Positions 38,711 to 47,855 of a stretch of 64,000 nt of DNA are shown here, in pieces; the stretch's first letter is position 1; each line of letters starts with the position of its first letter. The notes under the pieces were generated by a model. It saw only the letters and a list, made by a program, of their open reading frames with translations. It ran no database searches and was not told where the DNA came from. Source of the DNA: Thermoanaerobaculia bacterium. Lineage in GTDB: Bacteria > Acidobacteriota > Thermoanaerobaculia > Multivoradales > Multivoraceae. Both the position numbers and the translations under genes were made by a program. The stretch spans positions 2,144,001 to 2,208,000 of the forward strand of contig OY761158.1 in assembly GCA_963664405.1 (NCBI GenBank), in the 5' to 3' direction.

Positions 38711-40021
38711 CTAGAACCCAGCACCCTGCACAGCCAGGTCCACTGCCAGAATCGACTCGCGGTCGCGGACATAGAGCGTCGTACCGACCACAGTCGGGAC
38801 GGTCCAGGCTCGCGATTTGAGCAGTTCGACTTTGGACAGGATATTCAAGCCCTTCTCGCCGAGCCGGCCCAGAGCCAGATGCCCGTCTTCATCCACCATC
38901 ACGAATTTGTTGTCGGCGAAGATGATCTGCGCCTTGGCCAGGCCTCGCTGACGCCACAAAACCTGGCCTGTCTTCACATCGACTCCCATAAAGAAAGCCG
39001 GCCCAAAGTCCCCGCTGGAGCCGTAAACTGCATCGCCCACGCGGATCACGCTCCCGTAATGAACGCGCATTCGGGAGCTGAACCAGAGCTCTCGCACCGA
39101 GGTTGTCCCGTTCTCCTGCTTCAATTCGATGACACGGCTTCCGCCGTCGTAAGCCGATGACATGTAAAGCAGGTTGTCGTTGCCCCAAACGGGGAGACTG
39201 ATGTTGAGGTCGAATTCTGTCTTGTGGGGGTGGCTCCAATAGAGATCACCGTTCTCCGGGTTCAAGCCGATGATTTCTTCGGCCATGAAGAGAATCAACT
39301 GCTCCTGCCCGTCCACCTGAATGAGAAGTGGAGAGGAAGGAGATAACTTGAAATCGTGTCTCTTCCAGGCTACCGAGCCGTCGCTCTGACGGAAAGCCAC
39401 CACGGCCTGGCCTGGTCCGCCCAGCGGCAGGATCACAGTATCCCGGTAAGCCAGAGGGCTGGATGCATAGCCGCGGTTCGTCTTCATACCGATTCGCGGC
39501 ATGGAGAATTCGTTGTAAAGATCCCGAGACCACAGCAGTTGGCCCGTCCGCCTGTCCAGCGCCTGCAGCCTGGCCATCACGCCCACGGCAAAGAGCCTGT
39601 CACCTGCAATCAGTGGAGTAGAATAGGGCCCGGATCCCCAATGCGGGTCCATTTTCTCCACAAGATACTCTTCATACCGATGTTCCCACCTGGTTTGGCC
39701 GGTCCCGGCGTCCAGTGAAACGACCACCTCCTCACCTTCCCTCTCCCCGGTCGTATCTCGATACATCGTGAATAGAGCATCGTTCTCCGCCACGATTGCG
39801 GAGTACCCGTCTCCGAGTCTTCGCCTCCAGAGTACTGGGGGGCCCTCCTCGGACCAGGCCTCGGCAAGTCCCGTGGACTTGACCTGGAAGTCCCGACCGG
39901 GCCCACCCCACTGGGGCCAGGAGGGCGAAGAATCGACACTGGGGTTCTGAAAAGCGAAGGCGGCAACAACGCCAGCCGCCGAGGCGCAGGCGAGGATTAT
40001 TCGGCAGTGTTTCAAAGGCAA
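38711..40021 (-). CDS. PQQ-binding-like (BamB-type) beta-propeller protein
   Basis: Signal peptide; WPQWGGP, GPYSTP, GYASSPL, LYVRD. Confidence 0.85.
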   Translation of the reverse strand: MPLKHCRIILACASAAGVVAAFAFQNPSVDSSPSWPQWGGPGRDFQVKSTGLAEAWSEEGPPVLWRRRLGDGYSAIVAENDALFTMYRDTTGEREGEEVVVSLDAGTGQTRWEHRYEEYLVEKMDPHWGSGPYSTPLIAGDRLFAVGVMARLQALDRRTGQLLWSRDLYNEFSMPRIGMKTNRGYASSPLAYRDTVILPLGGPGQAVVAFRQSDGSVAWKRHDFKLSPSSPLLIQVDGQEQLILFMAEEIIGLNPENGDLYWSHPHKTEFDLNISLPVWGNDNLLYMSSAYDGGSRVIELKQENGTTSVRELWFSSRMRVHYGSVIRVGDAVYGSSGDFGPAFFMGVDVKTGQVLWRQRGLAKAQIIFADNKFVMVDEDGHLALGRLGEKGLNILSKVELLKSRAWTVPTVVGTTLYVRDRESILAVDLAVQGAGF

Positions 40022-40143
40022 GGCCTCCTATCATGTCTGCCGACGGAGTCATTGTCGAGGGTTTTGACACGGATTGTCTTTCCACGAGCCAGCACTCGGC
40101 TTCATGCCCGGATTCTCGTCCAGGTGGGTAGCGGCCGACGTCC

Positions 40144-40231
40144 GACCTACATGTTGGACGGCCGGCAATACATCGCGCTCACCGTCGGCGGAGAGACGCC
40201 GGCATTGATCGCGCTCAGACTACCGTCCTGA
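40144..40231 (+). pseudogene. 3' remnant of a fourth PQQ-DH-like gene
   Basis: TYMLDGRQYIALTVGGETPALIALRLP is near-identical to the ends of the three paralogs. Confidence 0.85.
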
Positions 40232-40232
40232 G

Positions 40233-41576
40233 TCACTCGTAATCTGTCGAGCCCAACGACACGGAGATGATCTCCTCGTCGTTTCTCATGTAGACGTGTT
40301 TGTTGGCGTAGGCCGGGTGAACCCAGCTCACGTAACGCAGCTCGCGCCGGTTACCAGGTGGCGACGTGGGCTTGATGAGATGAGTCCGGCTGATTTCCTC
40401 GTAGCCTGACGGGCTCAGTCTGGCGATGATCAAGTCGCCGCGATCGTTATTGATGAACACTAGATCGCCATTCTGGACCAAGAACCCGGACACCCAGCGC
40501 CGTCGTTCGGTGGTCGCTTCCTGCGTTTCCCAGACCCGCTCGCCGGTCTCGGCGTTCAAGCCACGCAGTTGGCCGTAGCTGCAGATGCCGTAGATGTACC
40601 CTCCATCGATGATCGGCGTCGCCAACACGGCGTGCAGCCCGTCGGTCTGAATCTCACTCTTGCTCGTGCCCTTCCAGGCGACCGTGGCGCCGGGTCTCTC
40701 CCGGTCGAGGTTCAGCATCAAGGGTCCGTCGTAGAAGGTCGTGAAGAACAGCTGATCTTTGATCTGTGCCGGCACCGCGATGGTCATCGCGCCACCGACC
40801 GTGTAGGGCTGCCGCCAGTAGAGCTCGCCGCTCACCGGATCGAGTGAGACGATTTCTTCCGGATTCCATACGATGAGCTGCCGCGCGCCACCCGCCTCGA
40901 TAATGATCGGTTGCGCGACGCCGAGGTCCGCTTCGCTGGGCAGGGCACGCCAGAGCTCCTCACCGCTCATCTTGTCGAACACCACCACCCGTGCGTTCTG
41001 TGGGCCGCCGACGAAGCAGATGAGCCGTGGGCCGTCGACCAGCGGCGCGCTGGCAAAGCCCCAGTCGAAACCCCACTGCATCCGATCAACGCCGTAGTCC
41101 TCGGCGTAGTCTTTTCGCCACAGGAGTGCGCCGGTCTCGACATTGAGCGCCGACAGGACGCCGGTGCGCCCCAAGACATAGACGCGGTCCCCATCGACCG
41201 TCGGGGTCGCGCCGGGGCCCGTCTCCCACTGAATCCCGGCGTAGTCTGCGTCCCACTGCTGAGTCCACAAGATGCGACCGGTCGCCTCATCGAGCGCCAG
41301 CGCCCGCTCGATTCCACGCATGCCCTGGGTGGCTTCGAAATCGGTGACAAAGACGCGCCCGTCGAGAACGGCGGGGCCTGCATAACCTGCCTTGATAGGA
41401 GTCCGCCAGAGCGCCTTCAGACCCTCGGCGGGGAACTCTTCCAAGAGCCCGGTCTCGTGCCAGACGCCGAGGCGGCCCTTGCCTCGAAACTCCGGCCAAT
41501 CGTCGCCACGCGTCCCCGTCGCACCCGCCAAGATGGATGTGACACACGCGAGCACCACCGTGAGTCTGCTGGTCAT
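40233..41576 (-). CDS. PQQ-binding-like (BamB-type) beta-propeller protein
   Basis: DDWPEFRG, GYAGPAV, GPGATP, HPAYAN. Confidence 0.85.
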   Translation of the reverse strand: MTSRLTVVLACVTSILAGATGTRGDDWPEFRGKGRLGVWHETGLLEEFPAEGLKALWRTPIKAGYAGPAVLDGRVFVTDFEATQGMRGIERALALDEATGRILWTQQWDADYAGIQWETGPGATPTVDGDRVYVLGRTGVLSALNVETGALLWRKDYAEDYGVDRMQWGFDWGFASAPLVDGPRLICFVGGPQNARVVVFDKMSGEELWRALPSEADLGVAQPIIIEAGGARQLIVWNPEEIVSLDPVSGELYWRQPYTVGGAMTIAVPAQIKDQLFFTTFYDGPLMLNLDRERPGATVAWKGTSKSEIQTDGLHAVLATPIIDGGYIYGICSYGQLRGLNAETGERVWETQEATTERRRWVSGFLVQNGDLVFINNDRGDLIIARLSPSGYEEISRTHLIKPTSPPGNRRELRYVSWVHPAYANKHVYMRNDEEIISVSLGSTDYE

Positions 41577-41595
41577 CTCCGCCCCCGCTCGTTAC

Positions 41596-41762
41596 CTAGT
41601 GGACCGTAACCCCCAAACGTTTAGCGCCTGAGCGGCCCTCGCGGCCGATCTCAGCGTTGCGCCTCCTCGACATATTGCCCAATATGCCTGCGTCGGCGCG
41701 CCTTGATCTCGACCACGAATGACTCGCTCAGCCACTAAACGTTTGAGGTTACGGTCCACTAG
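41596..41762. mobile_element. MITE-like element with CTAG ends (second terminal type)
   Basis: Inverted ends CTAGTGGACCGTAACC...AAACGTTTAG; core shared with the 6821 element; supplies the stop codon of the MBL gene. Confidence 0.85.
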
Positions 41763-42708
41763 TCGCCAGCTCACTGTAGATTGCTTCGATGTTCGCTCTC
41801 GCGTGCTCCATGCCGTAGTCCTTGTAGCGCTCGGGCAACTCGAGGGTCGCCGCCGCCTCCTCGACGTTCAGGCCGGCTCGAAAGGCTTTTACCGTGGCCT
41901 CGAGAAAGTCGCGATTGAAGTCGGCGTACTCTTCGAAATCTTCCCACGTCATCAACCCCGTAAATCCCCGGTTCGCCCCTCGCTCCAGGCGACCCCGTCC
42001 AGCGTAGGTCACGGGAGACGAACCGTGGCCCGTGACCACGCGCCTCACGCCCTCGATCTCCGCGACCGCCTTCGCCAAGGTGTCGGGAAAGGCGACGCCG
42101 CTGCCGCCGTTCTGCGTGTCGATGACCGGCGTCGCCTTCGAGGGAAACAGATCCCCCACGTACGCCACCCCCTTGGCGGGGAAAACGACGATGGTGTCAC
42201 CATCGGTGTGGGCGGGGCCAAAGTGGTACAGCTCGATGCGGTCAATGTCCTCGAGCAGCGAGAGCCGGTCGGCGAACGTCTTAGTGGGCAACGACGCCTT
42301 GGTGCCCGCGTAGAGGTCCATCCTGGCCATGTTCGCCTTGGTGTTCTCGTGCGCCACGACCTCGACCGGGGTCCCGAACTCGCTGTTGCTGCCGGCATGA
42401 CCTGGATGCGCATGGGTGTTGATGATGGTCGTCACCTCGAGATCGGTCACTGCCGCGAGTGCGTCCCGTACCGGCCGCCCCCAACCTGGGCGCTTGGTGT
42501 CGATCAACACCACGCCACCGTTGATCTCGTCGATGAAGGCCACCGAGTTACCACCGCCGCCAGAGAGGTGATAGAGGGTATCGAACACACCCAAGGTGTC
42601 GATCCGAACGGTCTTCGGCTCCTGCGCCTGACCGCGCGCTGCGACGGCCGTTAGTGACACCAGTGACAGAGCCACGAGCCTCACTTCTAACCACGCCCAC
42701 CGTTTCAT
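41749..42708 (-). CDS. Secreted MBL-fold metallohydrolase (cyclase-like)
   Basis: NTHAHPGHAG (HxHxDH variant), AHTDGD, VGD, TGHG. Confidence 0.85.
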   Translation of the reverse strand: MKRWAWLEVRLVALSLVSLTAVAARGQAQEPKTVRIDTLGVFDTLYHLSGGGGNSVAFIDEINGGVVLIDTKRPGWGRPVRDALAAVTDLEVTTIINTHAHPGHAGSNSEFGTPVEVVAHENTKANMARMDLYAGTKASLPTKTFADRLSLLEDIDRIELYHFGPAHTDGDTIVVFPAKGVAYVGDLFPSKATPVIDTQNGGSGVAFPDTLAKAVAEIEGVRRVVTGHGSSPVTYAGRGRLERGANRGFTGLMTWEDFEEYADFNRDFLEATVKAFRAGLNVEEAAATLELPERYKDYGMEHARANIEAIYSELATSGP

Positions 42709-42789
42709 GAGAACCCTCCCCGGCAACCTCTCATCTCGCGAGGCCGGCGACGGGAAGCGAGTGTATACTGAGATGGCGAGGTGACTTTC

Positions 42790-43197
42790 ATGGGAACAAG
42801 GCTCGTCTTCGCGGTTGTCGGCTTCGGCATCCTGCTGGCTGCGGGACCCGTGCTGGCGCATCATGCGTTTTCGGCCGAATTCGACGCGAACAGGCCGCTT
42901 CAGCTACACGGCACCGTCACGAAAACGGAGTGGATAAACCCCCACTCGTGGATTCACATCGATGTGGAAGGCCCAGACGGCCAGGCGGTGAGTTGGGCCA
43001 TTGAATTGGGCGCCCCGAACCGGTTGATTAGGCGGGGCCTGAGCAAGAATTCGGTCCCGGTTGGCACGGAACTGGTCATCAATGGCTTTGCTGCCAAGGA
43101 CGGATCCAACACAGCGAACGGCAGGGACATCGCGTTGCCCGATGGGTCAACGTTCTTTGTGGGGTCGTCTGGCACTGGCGCTCCCGATGGGCGATAA
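42790..43197 (+). CDS. DUF6152 family secreted protein
   Basis: One amino-acid difference (N/S) from the 27620 copy. Confidence 0.8.
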   Translation: MGTRLVFAVVGFGILLAAGPVLAHHAFSAEFDANRPLQLHGTVTKTEWINPHSWIHIDVEGPDGQAVSWAIELGAPNRLIRRGLSKNSVPVGTELVINGFAAKDGSNTANGRDIALPDGSTFFVGSSGTGAPDGR

Positions 43198-43231
43198 GCA
43201 GGGTTGGGATCGCTGAAGGGGTTCGTTGGGG

Positions 43232-45379
43232 GTGAGACGGCACACACGGGTCCTGGTGGCCGCGACGCTGACGGTCACGTGGCTCTCGGCGGCGGCGGTC
43301 GAGGCGCAGCAGGGCGCGGTCGGCGGCGAGTGGCGCCACTACGCCGGCGACATGTGGGGCACGAAGTACTCGCCGCTGGATCAGATCACCGCGGAGAACT
43401 TCGGCGAGCTCGAGGTGGCCTGGCGCTGGCGCATCGCCGACCTCCTTCTCCCGTTCGAGGATGAGCACGGGATCTCGCTCATCCCTTCCGAGACGCTCTT
43501 CGACCGGCTCGAGGCGGCCGAGCCGGACCGCTGGAACGACCCGTTCAACCTGCCCCCGCAGCGCCCGGATATCGCATTGCAGTCAAACCTCTTCGAGGCG
43601 GTCCCGCTCATGGTCGACGGCGTGCTGTATCTGAGCACCCCGCTCTATCAGGCGGCGGCGGTCGATGCCCGCACGGGTGAGACGCTCTGGATCTACAACC
43701 CGCGAGTCTACGAGGCCCGCCCGGCGGCTCCTGCGCCCTGGATGCACCGCGGGGTGGCCTACTGGGAGAACGGGGGCGAGGCGCGGATCTTCTGGGGCAC
43801 GGGCAACGGCTATCTGACGGCCGTGGATGCGAAGACCGGGCTGCTCGCCACCGGGTTCGGCGACAACGGGCGCGTCAGTCTGGAGGACGGCCTGCCGCGG
43901 GCTCGCGACAACCCCACCGGGCTGCCTTACCCGTCGCGGTCAGCTCCGCTGATCGTGGGTGACACGATCATCATCGGCGCACCCTCGACCATCCACGACT
44001 TAGTCGTCACGAAGGAGAACACGCCGGGGTTCGTGCGCGCCTACGACGCGCGCACCGGGCGGCACAAGTGGGACTTCCACAACGTGCCGCAGAGCGCCGA
44101 CGAGTTCGGGGCCGACACCTGGCAGGACGAGTCGTGGCGCTACTCGGGCCACACGAATGCCTGGGGGAACCTTACGGCGGACCCCGAGCTCGGCTACGTC
44201 TATCTGCCGACGAGCACGCCGACCTCCGACTTCTATGGCGGCGAGCGGGTCGGCGACAACCTTTTTGCGGAGAGTCTGGTTTGTGTGGACGTGGAGACGG
44301 GCGAGCGAGTCTGGCACTTCCAGATGGTGCATCACGGCCTGTGGAACTACGACACCCCGGCGGGTCCGAACCTGCTCGACATCACCGTTGACGGCCGCCG
44401 AGTGAAGGCGGCCGCCCAGGTGACCAAGCAGGGGTTCGTCTACACCTTCGACCGCGTGACTGGCGAACCGGTCTGGCCGATCGAAGAGCGGTCGGTGCCG
44501 ACGGACACCGACCTGGAGGGAGAGGTGCCGTCACCGACCCAGCCGTTCCCGACCAAACCGGCGCCCTTCGAGTATCAGGGCACCTCGATCGACGACCTGG
44601 TCGATTTCACCCCCGAGATCCGCCAGATGGCGGTCGAGGCGGTGAAGGGGTTCCGGCTCGGCCCGCTGTACACCCCGCACTCGCTGCGCGGCACGATCGT
44701 CCGTCCGGGCGCCTTGGGCGCTGCCAGCTGGGGAGGCGCGGCGGTAGACCCGGAGACGGGCATCCTCTACGTGCCGTCGAAGAACGCGCACGCTGTCTGG
44801 CGCTTTCGCGAGCCCGAGCCGGAGGAGGGGTCGAACTTGCGATACCTCCTCGGCGGGGGCGCGTTTCTAGAGGGGGGGAACCCCCGGCACCAGCCGCCGA
44901 TGCCACCGGGGCTGCCGCTCTGGAAGCCGCCCTATTCGCGGATGACGGCCATCGACATGAACACGGGCGAGCACCTCTGGATGACGCCGACCGGCAACGG
45001 CGACCCGATTCGCGACCACCCCCTGCTGCGCCATCTCGATCTGCCGCCATTGGGAGGTGAGGTCGACAATTTCGGGCCGCTCTTGACGAAGACGCTGCTC
45101 ATTTACGCGTTGTCTTCCGGTGGGACCGACGATGGTCCCCAACTGGTGGCCTACGACAAGGGGTCGGGAGAAGTCCTTGCCGCGGTCGACCTGCCTGGAG
45201 GCGCAATCGGGACGCCGAGGACCTACACGCTGAACATTGGAGCGGCTCGTGGCGAAGCTCGAGACGTGGGGGGCGCAGCCGGGACGCCGATGACCTACAT
45301 GCTGGACGGCCGGCAATACTTAGCACTCACCGTCGGCGGAGAGACGCCGGCATTGATCGCGCTCAGGCTGCCCCGCTGA
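43232..45379 (+). CDS. PQQ-dependent dehydrogenase-like protein, paralog 2
   Basis: Same motifs as paralog 1; GTG start, leader deleted. Confidence 0.85.
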   Translation: MRRHTRVLVAATLTVTWLSAAAVEAQQGAVGGEWRHYAGDMWGTKYSPLDQITAENFGELEVAWRWRIADLLLPFEDEHGISLIPSETLFDRLEAAEPDRWNDPFNLPPQRPDIALQSNLFEAVPLMVDGVLYLSTPLYQAAAVDARTGETLWIYNPRVYEARPAAPAPWMHRGVAYWENGGEARIFWGTGNGYLTAVDAKTGLLATGFGDNGRVSLEDGLPRARDNPTGLPYPSRSAPLIVGDTIIIGAPSTIHDLVVTKENTPGFVRAYDARTGRHKWDFHNVPQSADEFGADTWQDESWRYSGHTNAWGNLTADPELGYVYLPTSTPTSDFYGGERVGDNLFAESLVCVDVETGERVWHFQMVHHGLWNYDTPAGPNLLDITVDGRRVKAAAQVTKQGFVYTFDRVTGEPVWPIEERSVPTDTDLEGEVPSPTQPFPTKPAPFEYQGTSIDDLVDFTPEIRQMAVEAVKGFRLGPLYTPHSLRGTIVRPGALGAASWGGAAVDPETGILYVPSKNAHAVWRFREPEPEEGSNLRYLLGGGAFLEGGNPRHQPPMPPGLPLWKPPYSRMTAIDMNTGEHLWMTPTGNGDPIRDHPLLRHLDLPPLGGEVDNFGPLLTKTLLIYALSSGGTDDGPQLVAYDKGSGEVLAAVDLPGGAIGTPRTYTLNIGAARGEARDVGGAAGTPMTYMLDGRQYLALTVGGETPALIALRLPR

Positions 45380-45487
45380 ATGGGTTCGTTCAATCTCACC
45401 ATAGTCCGTCTGGACGCCGGGATGCTGCCGGATTTGTTAGCCTGTGACCGGAGCACGTCCACTGAAAGGAAAAAGGAGGGCTTGGGG

Positions 45488-47641
45488 ATGAGAGCGCACA
45501 CACGGGTCCTGGTGGCCGTGACGCTCACGCTCACGTGGCTCTCGGCGGCGGCGGTCGAGGCGCAGCAGGGCGCGGTCGGCGGCGAGTGGCGCCACTACGC
45601 CGGCGACATGTGGGGCACGAAGTACTCGCCGCTCGATCAAATCACCGCGGAGAACTTCGGCGAGCTCGAGGTGGCCTGGCGCTGGCGCATCGCCGACTTC
45701 CTTCTCCCGTTCGAGGATGAGCACGGGATCTCGCTCATCCAATCCGAGACGCTCTTCGACCGGCTCGAGGCGGCCGAGCCGGGCCGCTGGAACGACCCGT
45801 TCAACTCGGCCCCGCAGCGCCCGGATATCGCATTGCAGTCAAACTTCTTCGAGGCGGTCCCGCTCATGGTCGACGGCGTGCTGTATCTGAGCACCCCGCT
45901 CTATCAGGCGGCAGCGATCGATGCCCGCACGGGTGAGACGCTCTGGGTCTACAACCCGCGAGCCTACGAGGCCCGCCCGCCGAGCCCTTCGCCCTGGAAA
46001 CACCGCGGGGTGGCCTACTGGGAGAACGGGGGCGAGGCGCGGATCTTCTGGGGTACGGGCAACGGCTATCTGACGGCCGTCGACGCCAAGACCGGGCTGC
46101 TCGCCACCGGGTTCGGCGACAACGGGCGCGTCAGTCTGGAGGAGGGCCTGCCGCGGGCTCGCGACAACCCCAGCGGGCTGCCTTACCCGTCGTGGTCAGC
46201 TCCTCTCGTCGTGGGTGACACGATCATCATCGGCGCACCCTCGACCATCCACGACTTTGTCGTCACCAAGGAGAGCACGCCGGGGTTCGTGCGCGCCTAC
46301 GACGCGCGCACCGGGCGGCACAAGTGGGACTTCCACAACGTGCCGCAGAGCGCCGACGAGTTCGGGGCCGACACCTGGCAGAACGAGTCGTGGCGCTACT
46401 CGGGCCACACGAATGCCTGGGGGAACCTTACGGCGGACCCCGAGCTCGGCTACGTCTATCTGCCGACGAGCACGCCGACCTCCGACTTCTATGGCGGCGA
46501 GCGGGTCGGCGACAACCTTTTTGCGGAGAGTCTGGTTTGTGTGGACGTGGAGACGGGCGAGCGCGTCTGGCACTTCCAGATGGTGCATCACGGCCTGTGG
46601 AACTACGACACCCCGGCGGGTCCGAACCTGCTCGACATCACCGTTGACGGCCGCCGAGTGAAGGCGGCCGCCCAGGTGACCAAGCAGGGGTTCGTCTACA
46701 CCTTCGACCGCGTGACTGGCGAACCGGTCTGGCCGATCGAAGAGCGGCCGGTGCCGACGGACACCGACCTGGAGGGAGAGGTGCCGTCACCGACCCAGCC
46801 GTTCCCCACCAAGCCGGCGCCCCTCGAGTATCAGGGCACCTCGATCGACGACCTGGTCGATTTCACCCCCGAGATCCGCCAGATGGCGGTCGAGGCGGTG
46901 AAGGGGTTCCGGCTCGGCCCGCTGTACACCCCGCACTCGCTGCGCGGCACGATCGTCCGTCCGGGCGGCTTGGGCGCCGCCAGCTGGGGAGGCGCGGCGG
47001 TAGACCCGGAGACGGGCATCCTCTACGTGCCGTCGAAGAACGTGCACTCCGTCGTGCGGTTTCGCGAGCCCGAGCCGGAGGAGGGGTCGAACTTGCGATA
47101 CCTCGCCAGCGGGGGCGACGAGCGGTTCCTGGAGGGGGGAAACCCTCGGCACCAGCCGCCGATGCCACCGGGGCTGCCGCTCTGGAAGCCGCCCTATTCG
47201 CGGATGACGGCCATCGACATGAACACGGGCGAGCACCTCTGGATGACGCCGACCGGCAACGGCGACCCGATTCGCAACCACCCCCTGCTGCGCCATCTCG
47301 ATCTGCCGCCATTGGGAGGTGAGGTCGACAATTTCGGGCCGCTCTTGACGAAGACGCTGCTCATTTACGCGTTGTCTTCCGGTGGAACCGACGATGGTCC
47401 CCAACTGGTGGCCTACGACAAGGGGTCGGGAGAAGTCCTTGCCGCGGTCGACCTGCCTGGAGGCGCAATCGGGACACCGAGGACCTTCACGCTGAACATG
47501 GCGGCGGCTCGTTTCGAAAGTCGAGACGTGGGGGGTGCAGCCGGGACGCCGATGACCTACATGCTGGACGGCCGGCAATACTTAGCACTCACCGTCGGCG
47601 GAGAGACGCCGGCATTGATCGCGCTCAGGCTGCCCTACTAG
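45488..47641 (+). CDS. PQQ-dependent dehydrogenase-like protein, paralog 3
   Basis: Same motifs as paralog 1; AAGGAGG RBS. Confidence 0.88.
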   Translation: MRAHTRVLVAVTLTLTWLSAAAVEAQQGAVGGEWRHYAGDMWGTKYSPLDQITAENFGELEVAWRWRIADFLLPFEDEHGISLIQSETLFDRLEAAEPGRWNDPFNSAPQRPDIALQSNFFEAVPLMVDGVLYLSTPLYQAAAIDARTGETLWVYNPRAYEARPPSPSPWKHRGVAYWENGGEARIFWGTGNGYLTAVDAKTGLLATGFGDNGRVSLEEGLPRARDNPSGLPYPSWSAPLVVGDTIIIGAPSTIHDFVVTKESTPGFVRAYDARTGRHKWDFHNVPQSADEFGADTWQNESWRYSGHTNAWGNLTADPELGYVYLPTSTPTSDFYGGERVGDNLFAESLVCVDVETGERVWHFQMVHHGLWNYDTPAGPNLLDITVDGRRVKAAAQVTKQGFVYTFDRVTGEPVWPIEERPVPTDTDLEGEVPSPTQPFPTKPAPLEYQGTSIDDLVDFTPEIRQMAVEAVKGFRLGPLYTPHSLRGTIVRPGGLGAASWGGAAVDPETGILYVPSKNVHSVVRFREPEPEEGSNLRYLASGGDERFLEGGNPRHQPPMPPGLPLWKPPYSRMTAIDMNTGEHLWMTPTGNGDPIRNHPLLRHLDLPPLGGEVDNFGPLLTKTLLIYALSSGGTDDGPQLVAYDKGSGEVLAAVDLPGGAIGTPRTFTLNMAAARFESRDVGGAAGTPMTYMLDGRQYLALTVGGETPALIALRLPY

Positions 47642-47832
47642 GTATCTCCAATAGCTCACATTCGTGACGTATGAATCAAGTTTTACTCGAAGCGAGATCG
47701 TGCCGGGCGTTCAGGGTGCCCCAGATCGCCGCAGCGCAGGAGCGAGGTGACGCAGGCGTACTTTCGCGTACGTCGGAGGAGCCGAGCGACGAGCACGCGG
47801 TGAGGTGGGGTGCCCTGGACGCCCGGCCCTAG
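47638..47832 (+). mobile_element. CTAG-duplicating insertion element
   Basis: Absent from the paralogous site at 30333-30336, which has a single CTAG; 22-bp stem 47702-47723/47806-47827 surrounds the conserved core. Confidence 0.88.
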
Positions 47833-47855
47833 TCAACCAGAGAAAGGTGGACAAC

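Noticed and set aside
38711-41576. BamB orthologues or extra PQQ dehydrogenases
   Set aside because: No bam gene context and no GDH catalytic motifs; annotated only as PQQ-like beta-propellers
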